Positions 20,612 through 29,141 of a stretch of DNA of 64,000 nt are shown here, piece by piece (positions within the stretch are counted from its first letter, which is position 1; each line of letters begins with the position of its first letter). The stretch is from NCBI GenBank assembly GCA_019244395.1, contig JAFASQ010000019.1, forward strand, positions 1,118-65,117, in the 5' to 3' direction. Position numbers and translations under genes: made by a program. The notes under the pieces were generated by a model. It was given only the letters and a program-made list of their open reading frames with translations. It was not told the origin of the DNA and made no database searches. This DNA is from Solirubrobacterales bacterium. GTDB taxonomy: Bacteria > Actinomycetota > Thermoleophilia > Solirubrobacterales > Solirubrobacteraceae.

Positions 20612-22089
20612 GGCGTGAAGTGCGAAGCGGAGATGCCGACGCGCTCGGTGAACGGACTGTTGAACACACCGCTCGCGTTCAGGCGGTTGTGGACCTGTAG
20701 CCAGTCCGGGTAGCGCGGGTACATCGTCTCGAGAAGCCCTTCGCTCGCGGTCAGGGTGTTGACATGACCCCAGTGAGGTCGTCCGCCCAACTTGCCGAGT
20801 GCCTCCTCGTAGGCCGCGTTGAGCTCGTAGCCGCCATCGCTGCGGCTGAGCTGGATCAGCTCGATCATCATCGTGTCGCGCCCCTGCATCATCGACATGT
20901 AGGCGTCCGAGGCCTTCACGAAACGGAACGAGATCGGCGAGCTCTGATACACGTCGCCGACGCCGCGGAACTCGGCCGCGACGCGGACAATCGCCTCGGC
21001 GGCCTCGATGTGGCGCCCATCCATTGGCACCCCGATCTCGGATGAGTATGCGGGCAGCAGGTTGGCGGCGCCGATGTTCAGCACCTTATAGGAAACCTCG
21101 TCGTACTCCTTCTTGATCAGGGCGCGGATCGCGCTCTCCATCATGCGCGGAGAAAGGTTTGGCTTGAGATCGACGATCAGATTGAGGATGTCGGGCGTGA
21201 GGGGGAAGGCCGAAGCGAGTTCGACGGCCCAGTTGCGGGTGCGCTTGTCGAGAGGCTTGTGTGACGGATTGGTCGTGTAGTTGCGCGTGGTGACCAGGCA
21301 CGGGTAGCGGTGCCTCAGCTCATACGGGCTGAACAGCACCTCGTAGTGGCGGTTCGCGCGCAGCACCTCGCCATCGATCAGGTCGGCCTTGACCTTCTCC
21401 CAGGTGTGAAATTCGCGCACCTCTCTGAGGTAATACTTCGGCTCGACTTCGAGCATGACGGTGCAGATCACGCCCATGCATCCCATTCCGACCGCCACCG
21501 CGTTGAACCAGTGGTCGTCCTGGACCAGCGTTCGCGCGTTCCCGTGGTGCGCCTCGTATGCGCCTCGCTCCGTGGGCCCGTCCGAGGGCTCGATCCGATA
21601 CACCGCACCCCCGGCAGCGACGATGTCCAGCGAGCGGACGAAGTCGTTCAGCGGCCCGAAGGTGATGCCCGAGCCGTGCGTCGAGGTGGAGATCACGCCG
21701 GCGACCGTCTGGTGGTCGTACCCGCCCATGTTCGACAGGGCCAGTCCCCGTCCATCGAGGTAGGCGTTCAGCTCCTTGATGGGGATGCCGCCTTCTGCCC
21801 GGACCAGGTGACGGTCAGTCCACTGCGGACTCAGGAACTCGGGTTCTGTCGCTGCGGGCCGAGCGAGCCCGTTCGTTCTCAGGAGGAACCCGCGGGTAAG
21901 GGCGACGTCAGACCATGAGTGACCCGAGCCGACTGCCCGGACCGTCACGTGATCCTTCTCCGCCTCGCGCACGATTGCGCTGACCGCGTCGATGCTTCCG
22001 GGCTCGTAGGTCCGCAGCGGATCGATCCGCTGGTTGCCGAGGTGGTTCGTCCAGGTCTGCCGGACCTCGAACCCGATCTCGGCCGTCAT
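20608..22089 (-). CDS. FAD-linked sugar 1,4-lactone oxidase (ALO/GULO-like)
   Basis: TWTNHLGNQ, VRAVGSGHSWS (covalent FAD His), QTVAGVISTSTHGSG, GRPHWG; start ATG 22089. Confidence 0.88.
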   Translation of the reverse strand: MTAEIGFEVRQTWTNHLGNQRIDPLRTYEPGSIDAVSAIVREAEKDHVTVRAVGSGHSWSDVALTRGFLLRTNGLARPAATEPEFLSPQWTDRHLVRAEGGIPIKELNAYLDGRGLALSNMGGYDHQTVAGVISTSTHGSGITFGPLNDFVRSLDIVAAGGAVYRIEPSDGPTERGAYEAHHGNARTLVQDDHWFNAVAVGMGCMGVICTVMLEVEPKYYLREVREFHTWEKVKADLIDGEVLRANRHYEVLFSPYELRHRYPCLVTTRNYTTNPSHKPLDKRTRNWAVELASAFPLTPDILNLIVDLKPNLSPRMMESAIRALIKKEYDEVSYKVLNIGAANLLPAYSSEIGVPMDGRHIEAAEAIVRVAAEFRGVGDVYQSSPISFRFVKASDAYMSMMQGRDTMMIELIQLSRSDGGYELNAAYEEALGKLGGRPHWGHVNTLTASEGLLETMYPRYPDWLQVHNRLNASGVFNSPFTERVGISASHFTP

Positions 22090-22133
22090 CGCGGGCCCCG
22101 GCGGGCCATCTCGGCCGTCATCGCGGGCCCCGG
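22076..22133. repeat. 26-bp direct repeat, 32-bp period, at the GMC/ALO gene junction
   Basis: ATCTCGGCCGTCATCGCGGGCCCCGG at 22076-22101 and 22108-22133. Confidence 0.85.
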
Positions 22134-23689
22134 TTGGCCAACAGGCGCTCGACGCCGCGCTCGGCCAGTGCCGCGATCGTCTTGGATGGGTTGACCCCCA
22201 GCGCTGTGGGGACGATCGAGCCATCGAGGATGTACAGCCCGTCGTAGCCGTGCACCCGCCCGCCATCATCGGTCACCCCTTTTGAGGGGTCGTCGGACAT
22301 GGGGCACCCCCCGAGCGGGTGAACGGTGATGAACTTGCCCAGCGGCCCGGCGTCGAGAGCGAAGAACGACTTGGCCTGCGCCGCGGCGGCGAGTTCGCCG
22401 GCCGCCTCGCGCATTCCGGCGAACAGCCCCGCACTGTCTGACTTATCCCAGCGGATGTCGAACGCTCCGAAGACCGGAGTCAGCCGCATCTGCCCGTCGG
22501 CTGCGTCGCGCCCGATCATGAGGAACACGAGGGAGTCGCCAATCGGCTCCTGCTTGAGGTTGACGTTGCGGTGTGTGACGTGCGTGTCGGTGATCCCCAG
22601 CTTGGTAGCGGCGTTCTTGACGTGCAGGACGACGCGGCCCCAACCGGTCAGGGCGCTCACCTGGCGGACGATCGCGAGGAGGCCGCCGAAGTTCCCCGGC
22701 AACCCGCCGTCGGCGACCATGAACCCGCGTTCGTCGGTGTAGTCGATCCGGCTGGTCATCGACGGCCCGTACTCAGTCCGGGCACCGGCGACTCCGGCCG
22801 CCTTCGGATCCAGGGCCAGGGCCAGCGCGTCCCCGTTGCCGGAGAAGCGGCTTCCCAGCGCGGGGGAGAGGCGGCGGAGCCGAGTGCGGTTCTTCAGCAG
22901 CAGGCGACTGCTCCCGAGCGTGCCGGCGGCCAGTACGAGGATCGGCGCCTGCACCGCCCCGTCGATGCGGTACTGCAGATCACGGAAGCCCACACGCCAG
23001 TGCCCGGTGGTCGAGCCCGGAGGATCAATGCGCCGCACCTCGTGCAGCGGGAACACCTCGGCGCCGTGCGCCTCGGCACGCGCGATGTAGGTGATGTCGA
23101 CCGTGTTCTTGGCCAGCACCGGGCAGCCCAAGTCACACCGTCCGAGGTTCTGGCAGCCCTGCTGGAAGACATCGCTGAACGGGTGGCGGCGGCTCTCCCC
23201 GAAGTGCACGGCGAGGGGGAGCCGGGTGGCCGTGCGCCCGGCCCGCTCGGCCATCACGTCGAAGGCGCGGATCTTGGGCAGGTCCGGCTCAGCCGGGGTC
23301 TGGCGCGGTTCGAGCGCGTCCTCGGTGCGGTCGTAATACGGGGCCAGTTCGGCGGCGTCGATCGCGTCGGGCCACGCGGGCTGCTGGAAGACGTCCGCCG
23401 GCGCCCTGAGCTGGACGTTGGCGTACACGAGCGAGCCCCCTCCCACGCCGGCCCCAGTGATCACCGCGAGGTCCTTCATCAGCCGGAGGTCGAGCATCCC
23501 CCCGGGGTTCAGCAGGGGATGCCAGAAGGCCAGCGGCGCCTGCTCGGGCCGGTCCGGGAAGTCACCGGCCCCGAACCGCCGGCCCCGTTCGAGCACGCAG
23601 ACACTGAGCCCTTGTTCGGCCATCCGGCACGCGGTCACTCCGCCACCAAACCCGGAGCCCACGACCACCACGTCGTACGTGCTCTGCAA
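22118..23689 (-). CDS. GMC oxidoreductase, cholesterol-oxidase-like, no evident signal peptide
   Basis: VVGSGFGG Rossmann, GAGVGGGSLVYAN, C..LGRCDLGC, LAAGTLGS, TVHPLGGC, GVNPSKTIAALAER. Confidence 0.9.
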   Translation of the reverse strand: MQSTYDVVVVGSGFGGGVTACRMAEQGLSVCVLERGRRFGAGDFPDRPEQAPLAFWHPLLNPGGMLDLRLMKDLAVITGAGVGGGSLVYANVQLRAPADVFQQPAWPDAIDAAELAPYYDRTEDALEPRQTPAEPDLPKIRAFDVMAERAGRTATRLPLAVHFGESRRHPFSDVFQQGCQNLGRCDLGCPVLAKNTVDITYIARAEAHGAEVFPLHEVRRIDPPGSTTGHWRVGFRDLQYRIDGAVQAPILVLAAGTLGSSRLLLKNRTRLRRLSPALGSRFSGNGDALALALDPKAAGVAGARTEYGPSMTSRIDYTDERGFMVADGGLPGNFGGLLAIVRQVSALTGWGRVVLHVKNAATKLGITDTHVTHRNVNLKQEPIGDSLVFLMIGRDAADGQMRLTPVFGAFDIRWDKSDSAGLFAGMREAAGELAAAAQAKSFFALDAGPLGKFITVHPLGGCPMSDDPSKGVTDDGGRVHGYDGLYILDGSIVPTALGVNPSKTIAALAERGVERLLANRGPR

Positions 23690-23824
23690 AACCCGTCCTG
23701 TCTAGATGCCCTCGGCCCGCACGCTATCCCCTCGCTCTGGGAGCACCCAGAATTGCAGAAGGTGTGGAACTTTGGTGAAGGATTCGTCCCAGACGTTGAC
23801 CTCGGGCCGCGATAGGCTGCGGCC

Positions 23825-24478
23825 GTGCGCGTGGTCATTGCTGGAGCCCACGGGAACATCGCGATGCGCCTTGCTCCTCGTCTGCTGGAGCGGGGCGACA
23901 CGGTCATCGGCCTGATCCGCAACCCCGACCACGCCGAAGATGTCCGCGCGACGGGCGCGGAGCCCGTGGTGTGCGACCTCGAGCACGCGACGGTCGAGGA
24001 GATCGCCGCGGCCGTGAAGGGCGCCGACGGAGCGGTGTTTGCCGCCGGCGCGGGACCGGGGAGCGGCGCCGCCCGGAAGCTCACGATCGACCGCGACGGC
24101 GCGATCAAGCTGCTCGAGGCGACCGCGGCCGAGTCGGCTCGCTATCTCATCGTGAGCTCGGTGGGCGCCGAGAACCCACCGGAGGGCGACGACGTCTTCA
24201 ACGTCTACCTGCGCGCGAAGGCGGAGGCCGATGCCGCCGTGCAGGCGAGCGGCCGCGAGTGGACGATCATCAGGCCGGGGCGCCTGAACGATGACCCCGG
24301 GACCGGCCGGTTGCGCATCGACACCTCGCCGTTTCGTGGCGACGTGCCGCGGGAAGACGTGGCTGAGGTGCTCGCCGCCGTGCTTCACGACCCGCGCACC
24401 ACGCACCGCATCCTGTATGTCAACGGCGGCGAGGAATCGTTGGAGCAGGCGCTCGCGCGCGCGGTCGACTCGCCTTAG
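23825..24478 (+). CDS. NAD(P)-binding atypical SDR (NAD_binding_10 type)
   Basis: IAGAHGNIA, VFAAGAG, YLRAKAEAD, WTIIRPGRL; TAGGCT 6 nt before GTG suggests a leaderless mRNA. Confidence 0.9.
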   Translation: MRVVIAGAHGNIAMRLAPRLLERGDTVIGLIRNPDHAEDVRATGAEPVVCDLEHATVEEIAAAVKGADGAVFAAGAGPGSGAARKLTIDRDGAIKLLEATAAESARYLIVSSVGAENPPEGDDVFNVYLRAKAEADAAVQASGREWTIIRPGRLNDDPGTGRLRIDTSPFRGDVPREDVAEVLAAVLHDPRTTHRILYVNGGEESLEQALARAVDSP

Positions 24479-24640
24479 GGCCGGCTCCAGAATTAATGGT
24501 GGAAATTGACGAGTGGCTGGGCGCGACTGACGCCGCCGGCTCGCCGCGATAATACCGGGAGTATTTGAGGGCGAGCCGGCGGTGTCAGGCGCGTCCAGAC
24601 GCCGTCAAGGCCGTCAATAATTCTGGAGCAGGTCCTTAGG
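24473..24640. other. Long imperfect palindrome (MITE-like element or structured RNA)
   Basis: GCTCCAGAATTA (24484-24495) / TAATTCTGGAGC (24618-24629), nested arms TTGACG/CGTCAA, CTGACGCCGCCGGCTCGCC/GGCGAGCCGGCGGTGTCAG, AATAC/GTATT; CCTTAGG at both ends. Confidence 0.7.
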
Positions 24641-24648
24641 AGAGACAA

Positions 24649-25440
24649 ATGCTTTCTCTGCATCCGCTGCGTCCACCGAGAGCAGCCGCAACCCCGGCCT
24701 GGCCGACGTTCAGCGGCACGGCGAGCCTCGTCGGGACGAGCAGCAGCGGCGTGACGGTGTACGTCGATGAGGCCTTGGGTCAGCCGGCCTTGCAGAACGC
24801 CCAAGACCTCCTGGCGTCGGCCGACACCGTGGTTGCCCAGAACAACGCCATCTTCGGGATCACGGGCGGCGCGGTCGACGTGATCGTGTATGCCATCGGC
24901 GGCGCCACGGACGGCACCGGCGGCGCGGACCACGGCGGATGTGACTTCACCACGGGAAACGCAATCGAGGTTGACGCCTCATACGGAAGTCCGAACCGGG
25001 TGATCGGGTTGTTCGAGGCCGAACTCAGCGAGTGCGCGATGAAGGGGAACCTCTGCGGCTACAGCACAGGCGAGGCGCTGTCTCGCTGGTGCGCCGCGGT
25101 GGTGAGCTCGAACGCCCTCTCCGACTACGCCACCGCGCCGATATGGGCGCAGTCCGGGATGCCCAACTGGGTCGATCAGACGGAGCACACCGATCAGGAT
25201 GCGGTAAGCACCGGGTGCGGCATGGCGTTCATCTCGTGGCTGCTCAGCCAGGGCCACCGTCTGAGCCAGATCGCGCAGGCGATGGTGGCCCTCGGCGATT
25301 CCGGCACGCTTGCCGGTCTGTACGCACGAATCACAGGCGACGCGGCGACAAATGCGTGGCCGAAGTTCCAGGCGGCGCTCGCCGCGCTGCCAGGCGGCGT
25401 CACGACCGACGATCCGTTCAACGGAATGTCGCAGGCATAG
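24649..25440 (+). CDS. Conserved-looking hypothetical protein, unknown function
   Basis: AGGAGA RBS; globular composition; GTGGADHGGCD, LFEAELSEC, STGEALSRW, STGCGMAF. Confidence 0.75.
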   Translation: MLSLHPLRPPRAAATPAWPTFSGTASLVGTSSSGVTVYVDEALGQPALQNAQDLLASADTVVAQNNAIFGITGGAVDVIVYAIGGATDGTGGADHGGCDFTTGNAIEVDASYGSPNRVIGLFEAELSECAMKGNLCGYSTGEALSRWCAAVVSSNALSDYATAPIWAQSGMPNWVDQTEHTDQDAVSTGCGMAFISWLLSQGHRLSQIAQAMVALGDSGTLAGLYARITGDAATNAWPKFQAALAALPGGVTTDDPFNGMSQA

Positions 25441-25446
25441 GCCGAT

Positions 25447-25554
25447 TTCGGATCCGCCGGCCTTTGCGCCCTTCGGATCCGCGCCTTCGCCCTTCGGATC
25501 GGCCGGCCTTTGCGCCCCCCGGATCCGCCGGCCTTTGCGCCCCCCGGACCCGGC
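25447..25554. repeat. About 25-bp tandem repeat, four copies plus a partial
   Basis: TTCGGATCCGCCGGCCTTTGCGCCC at 25447, 25472 (21-bp variant), 25493, 25518 and partial at 25543. Confidence 0.85.
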
Positions 25555-25571
25555 TGTTAACGTTCTTACCC

Positions 25572-28500
25572 GTGGGGGAAGCTCTAGAGCTGGCCATACT
25601 TGGGCCGTTCGAGCTGCACATCGACGGCAGGATCCCGGTAGCTCTCGGCGGCCTGCGTCAACGTGCACTGCTCGCGATCCTTGCCTTGCACGCCAACGAA
25701 GTGGTCGCCACCGATCGCCTGGTCGATGAGCTTTGGGGCGAGCACCCACCGGGGTCCGCGACACACACCGTCCAGGTGTTCGTCTCACGACTCCGCCGTG
25801 CGCTGGGTCCCGCCAGCGGCCGTCTGGCGACGGTGCCGCCGGGATACCGCCTACAGCTCGAGCCGGGGGAGGTCGATGCCGACCGCTGTGAGCGCCTCTA
25901 TGCCAAGGCGCGTGCAGCGACCGCGTCTGGCCGGCCGGCCGCGGCGGCCGAACAGCTCGACCAGGCGCTCGCGTTATGGCGCGGGTCGCCACTGGCCGAC
26001 TTCACGTACGAACCGTTCGCACAGGGCGCGATCGCTCAGCTTGAGGAGCTACGGTTCAGCTGCCGCGAGGAGCTGGTCGAAGCGCAGCTGGCGTTGGGGC
26101 GAAACGCCGAGATGGTGCAGGTTCTCGAATCACTGATCGCCGAGCATCCGCTGCGCGAGCGACCGCGAGGCCAGCTGATGTTGGCGCTGTATCGGTGCGG
26201 CCGTCAGGCGGAAGCACTCGATGCCTACCAGCAGGCGCGGCACATGTTGGTCGAGAAGCTCGGGATCGAGCCGAGTGCTGAGCTGCGCGCCCTCGAGCAG
26301 GCAATTCTCCAGCAGAATCCCTCGCTCGGAGCACCGGTGCCGAGCGCTGCGGAGCGACAGAGCGCGGGTCTTGCGATCACGTCCGATCCTCTCACTGAGC
26401 GCGACACAGACCGGGCGATGGCGACCGTCCTCGCACAACACGACAAGCGCCCGGCGACAGCGCCTCCGCGTACCGCCGCGGGCGCCTTCGTTGGTCGCTT
26501 GGATTGCTTGGAGCGGTTGCGCCCACGGTGGGAAGAGAGCAAGGCCGGACGCACCAATATCACTTGGCTGTCCGGTGAAGCGGGCGTCGGCAAGACACGA
26601 CTGGCGACTCAGTTCGCCGAGGAAGTGCAGATCGATGGGGGCGTCGCACTGTACGGGCGCGCCGACGTCGAGAACCTGCTTCCTTACCAGCCCCTGGCGG
26701 AGGTGCTCGACGATCTGATCTCACACGCGGGAGCGCGGTTGATCGAGGCACTGGAGCGTGAACTCGAGACCCTGAGCCGGCCGTTCCCGAATCTCAGGCG
26801 TTACACGCCGGCCGTCCCGGCGGTGGACGACCTCGAGACTATGCGCTACGAGGTATTCGAGGCGGTGGTCTCGGTGCTCGTGGGCAGTTCAGCGCGTAGC
26901 CCGCTTCTGGTCGTGCTCGACGACCTGCAGTGGGCGGACCAACCGACACTGTTGCTCCTGCGCCACGTGCTGCGCCGAGCCGAAGGAGCCCGTCTGCTCG
27001 TCGTGGGGACGTTCCGGGCCGACGAGCCGAATCGGGCGCTGGCCGGCCTGTTGGCCGACTTGCGGCGAGAGCGCCTTTACGACCGGCTGAACCTGGAAGG
27101 GCTCGACGAGGAGGCAACGGCCAAGCTCGTCGCCGATCGCGCCGGGATCCAAACCACGCGGGCCTTCATCCACCGTCTCCACGCCCAGACGGACGGGAAC
27201 CCGTTCTTCATCGAGGAGACGCTCCGCGCGCTCGGCGAGTCCCGTCTCTTCGGACGCGGCGTGGTCGACGCAGATGCCCTCGAGGCGCTCGGCGTACCCG
27301 AAGGCGTGGCCGAGGTAATCACGCGCCGTTCCGAGCAGCTCTCGCCCCTGGCGCAGGAGGTGCTGCTCGTCGCGTCGGTCGTCGGGCCGTCGTTCAACCT
27401 CCGCTTCGTCGAGGATGTGATGCGTTCGGAGCGACGGGACATCGACCAGGAGCTTGACGCGGCGCCCGTGGACGCGATCGCTGCGGCGGCGGACGAGGTT
27501 CTGGCGTCTGGTCTGGCCGTCGAGGTGCCAGATCACTTCGAGGTCCTGACCTTCACCCACGCCCTGGTCCGCGAGGTTCTCTACGCGAGCCTCACCGGTG
27601 GCCGGCGGGTCCGGCTGCACCACCGGGTGGCGGCGGCGCTGGAGCGCCTCTCCGCGCATGCCGAGGTGAATCCGGCTGAGCTGGCACGCCACTTCCTCGA
27701 GGCGAAGCCGGTCGCCGGCCTCGAGCCGGCGCGCCGCTACGCGATCGCCGCGGCCCGGCGTGCGGCCGATCAATTCGCCTACGAGGAGGCGGCAGACCAT
27801 CTTCGCCGGGCGCTCGTGCTGCTCGAAGATAACGACGAAGCAGGGCGCTGCGACGTCCTGCTGGCTCTCGGGCGAGTGCAGTGGCAAATGGGGGACGAGG
27901 AGGCGAGAGGCACGTTCTTGGCCGCGGCCCAGAGCGCGGAGCGCCGCGGCGCCGCGGATCAGCTCGCGAGGGCCGCGAGCGGACTCGCTGAACGATGGTT
28001 CGAAATCACCTACCGGGGGGCGCGTTACAACGATTGGTTACAGAAGGCACTGGACGCGATCGACGACCGCGACAGCCCGCACCGCGTCCTCCTCCTCTCG
28101 CGCCTGGCGGTGAATCTGTCCTACCCGTACGAGGATGCCCATGGCCAGGCGCTGGCTGACGAAGCGGTTGCTATGGCTCGTCGACTCGGCGAGACGAGGA
28201 CACTGTTCGCCGCGCTGCTGGCGCGTCATACGAGTTTGCTCGATGTCCGGCACATCGAAGAGCGCCTCACCCTCGACGAGGAGCTCGCCTCCCTCGCGGC
28301 CGGGCAAGATCAGCTCGCGACGTATGCCCACCAATGGCGGATGTACGACCTACTCGGTATCGGCAAGCTCGACGAAGCTCGCGCCGAGTACGCCGAGCTC
28401 TCACGGATCGCCGACAAGCTCGGCCAGCCGCTGCTGCGGACCATTACGTTCGGCGCGCGAGGTCTGTGGGCTGAGCTCGACGGTGACGAGGAGGAGGCGG

Positions 28501-29141
28501 AGCGCTGGGCCGGCGAGTCACATCGCCAGGCGAACATCGCGCACACCGGAGACGCTGATAGCTCATGGGGCTCGCAGATGTTCGCGTTGCGACGGCGGCA
28601 GGGCCGCGTCGCCGAGCTGACGGCTGTCGCCGAGTCGGTCGTGGCCTCCGGCGGTCGAGCGCTCGGATGGCTCAGCGCGCTCGGGCTCGTCCGGTTGGAC
28701 GCGGGCGACGAGCCCGCGGCGCGGGGGACTTATGAGAAAGAGATCGGCGAGGGCGCGGCGGCGTTGCCGCGTGGGATGTTCTGGCTGACCAGGATGGCGC
28801 TGCTGAGCGAGCTCTGCGTGGGCCTGGGCGATCCCGGCGGCGCTGCGCAACTCTACGCCGAGTTGCTGCCGCATGCCACCCGCTACGTGGTCGTGGCGTA
28901 CTGCAGCTTCTGGGGCCCGGTGGACGGATACCTGGCATCCCTGGCTGCGACCGCCGGAGACACCGCGCTAGCCAAGGAGCACGCGGACGCGGCGCTCGAG
29001 CAGGCGGTGGCGATGGGCGCGCCGGTGATCGTCAGCGAGCTTCAGCGTCGTTGGTCAGACGCGCGGGTCGCCGTTAGCGCGGCATCCGCGGCGGCCGGGG
29101 GGCGATCAGCCCTCCGAGCTCGAGGTACGGTGCGCCGTTGA
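25572..29141 (+). CDS. SARP-family regulator: OmpR-type winged helix + BTAD + STAND/AAA ATPase + TPR
   Basis: LAILGPFEL, RQRALLAIL, ALALWRG.PLA, HPLRER..GQLMLALYRCGRQAEAL, Walker A GEAGVGKT, Walker B VVLDDLQWAD; start GTG 25572. Confidence 0.92.
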   Translation: MGEALELAILGPFELHIDGRIPVALGGLRQRALLAILALHANEVVATDRLVDELWGEHPPGSATHTVQVFVSRLRRALGPASGRLATVPPGYRLQLEPGEVDADRCERLYAKARAATASGRPAAAAEQLDQALALWRGSPLADFTYEPFAQGAIAQLEELRFSCREELVEAQLALGRNAEMVQVLESLIAEHPLRERPRGQLMLALYRCGRQAEALDAYQQARHMLVEKLGIEPSAELRALEQAILQQNPSLGAPVPSAAERQSAGLAITSDPLTERDTDRAMATVLAQHDKRPATAPPRTAAGAFVGRLDCLERLRPRWEESKAGRTNITWLSGEAGVGKTRLATQFAEEVQIDGGVALYGRADVENLLPYQPLAEVLDDLISHAGARLIEALERELETLSRPFPNLRRYTPAVPAVDDLETMRYEVFEAVVSVLVGSSARSPLLVVLDDLQWADQPTLLLLRHVLRRAEGARLLVVGTFRADEPNRALAGLLADLRRERLYDRLNLEGLDEEATAKLVADRAGIQTTRAFIHRLHAQTDGNPFFIEETLRALGESRLFGRGVVDADALEALGVPEGVAEVITRRSEQLSPLAQEVLLVASVVGPSFNLRFVEDVMRSERRDIDQELDAAPVDAIAAAADEVLASGLAVEVPDHFEVLTFTHALVREVLYASLTGGRRVRLHHRVAAALERLSAHAEVNPAELARHFLEAKPVAGLEPARRYAIAAARRAADQFAYEEAADHLRRALVLLEDNDEAGRCDVLLALGRVQWQMGDEEARGTFLAAAQSAERRGAADQLARAASGLAERWFEITYRGARYNDWLQKALDAIDDRDSPHRVLLLSRLAVNLSYPYEDAHGQALADEAVAMARRLGETRTLFAALLARHTSLLDVRHIEERLTLDEELASLAAGQDQLATYAHQWRMYDLLGIGKLDEARAEYAELSRIADKLGQPLLRTITFGARGLWAELDGDEEEAERWAGESHRQANIAHTGDADSSWGSQMFALRRRQGRVAELTAVAESVVASGGRALGWLSALGLVRLDAGDEPAARGTYEKEIGEGAAALPRGMFWLTRMALLSELCVGLGDPGGAAQLYAELLPHATRYVVVAYCSFWGPVDGYLASLAATAGDTALAKEHADAALEQAVAMGAPVIVSELQRRWSDARVAVSAASAAAGGRSALRARGTVRR

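Noticed and set aside
20608-22269. 553-aa version of the lactone oxidase
   Set aside because: The extra 60 codons overlap the GMC 3' end; the ATGA-coupled ATG 22089 fits the family N-terminus
22118-23689. Calling the GMC oxidoreductase mftG
   Set aside because: It is over 30 kb from the mft genes, sits in its own operon and has cholesterol-oxidase-like motifs
25447-25554. CRISPR array interpretation of the 25-bp repeats
   Set aside because: Units are contiguous with no unique spacers, and there are no cas genes in the window
25032-25571. 5' extension of the SARP ORF in the track (1369 aa)
   Set aside because: Overlaps the 263-aa gene out of frame and runs through the tandem repeat; recognisable SARP sequence begins near GTG 25572
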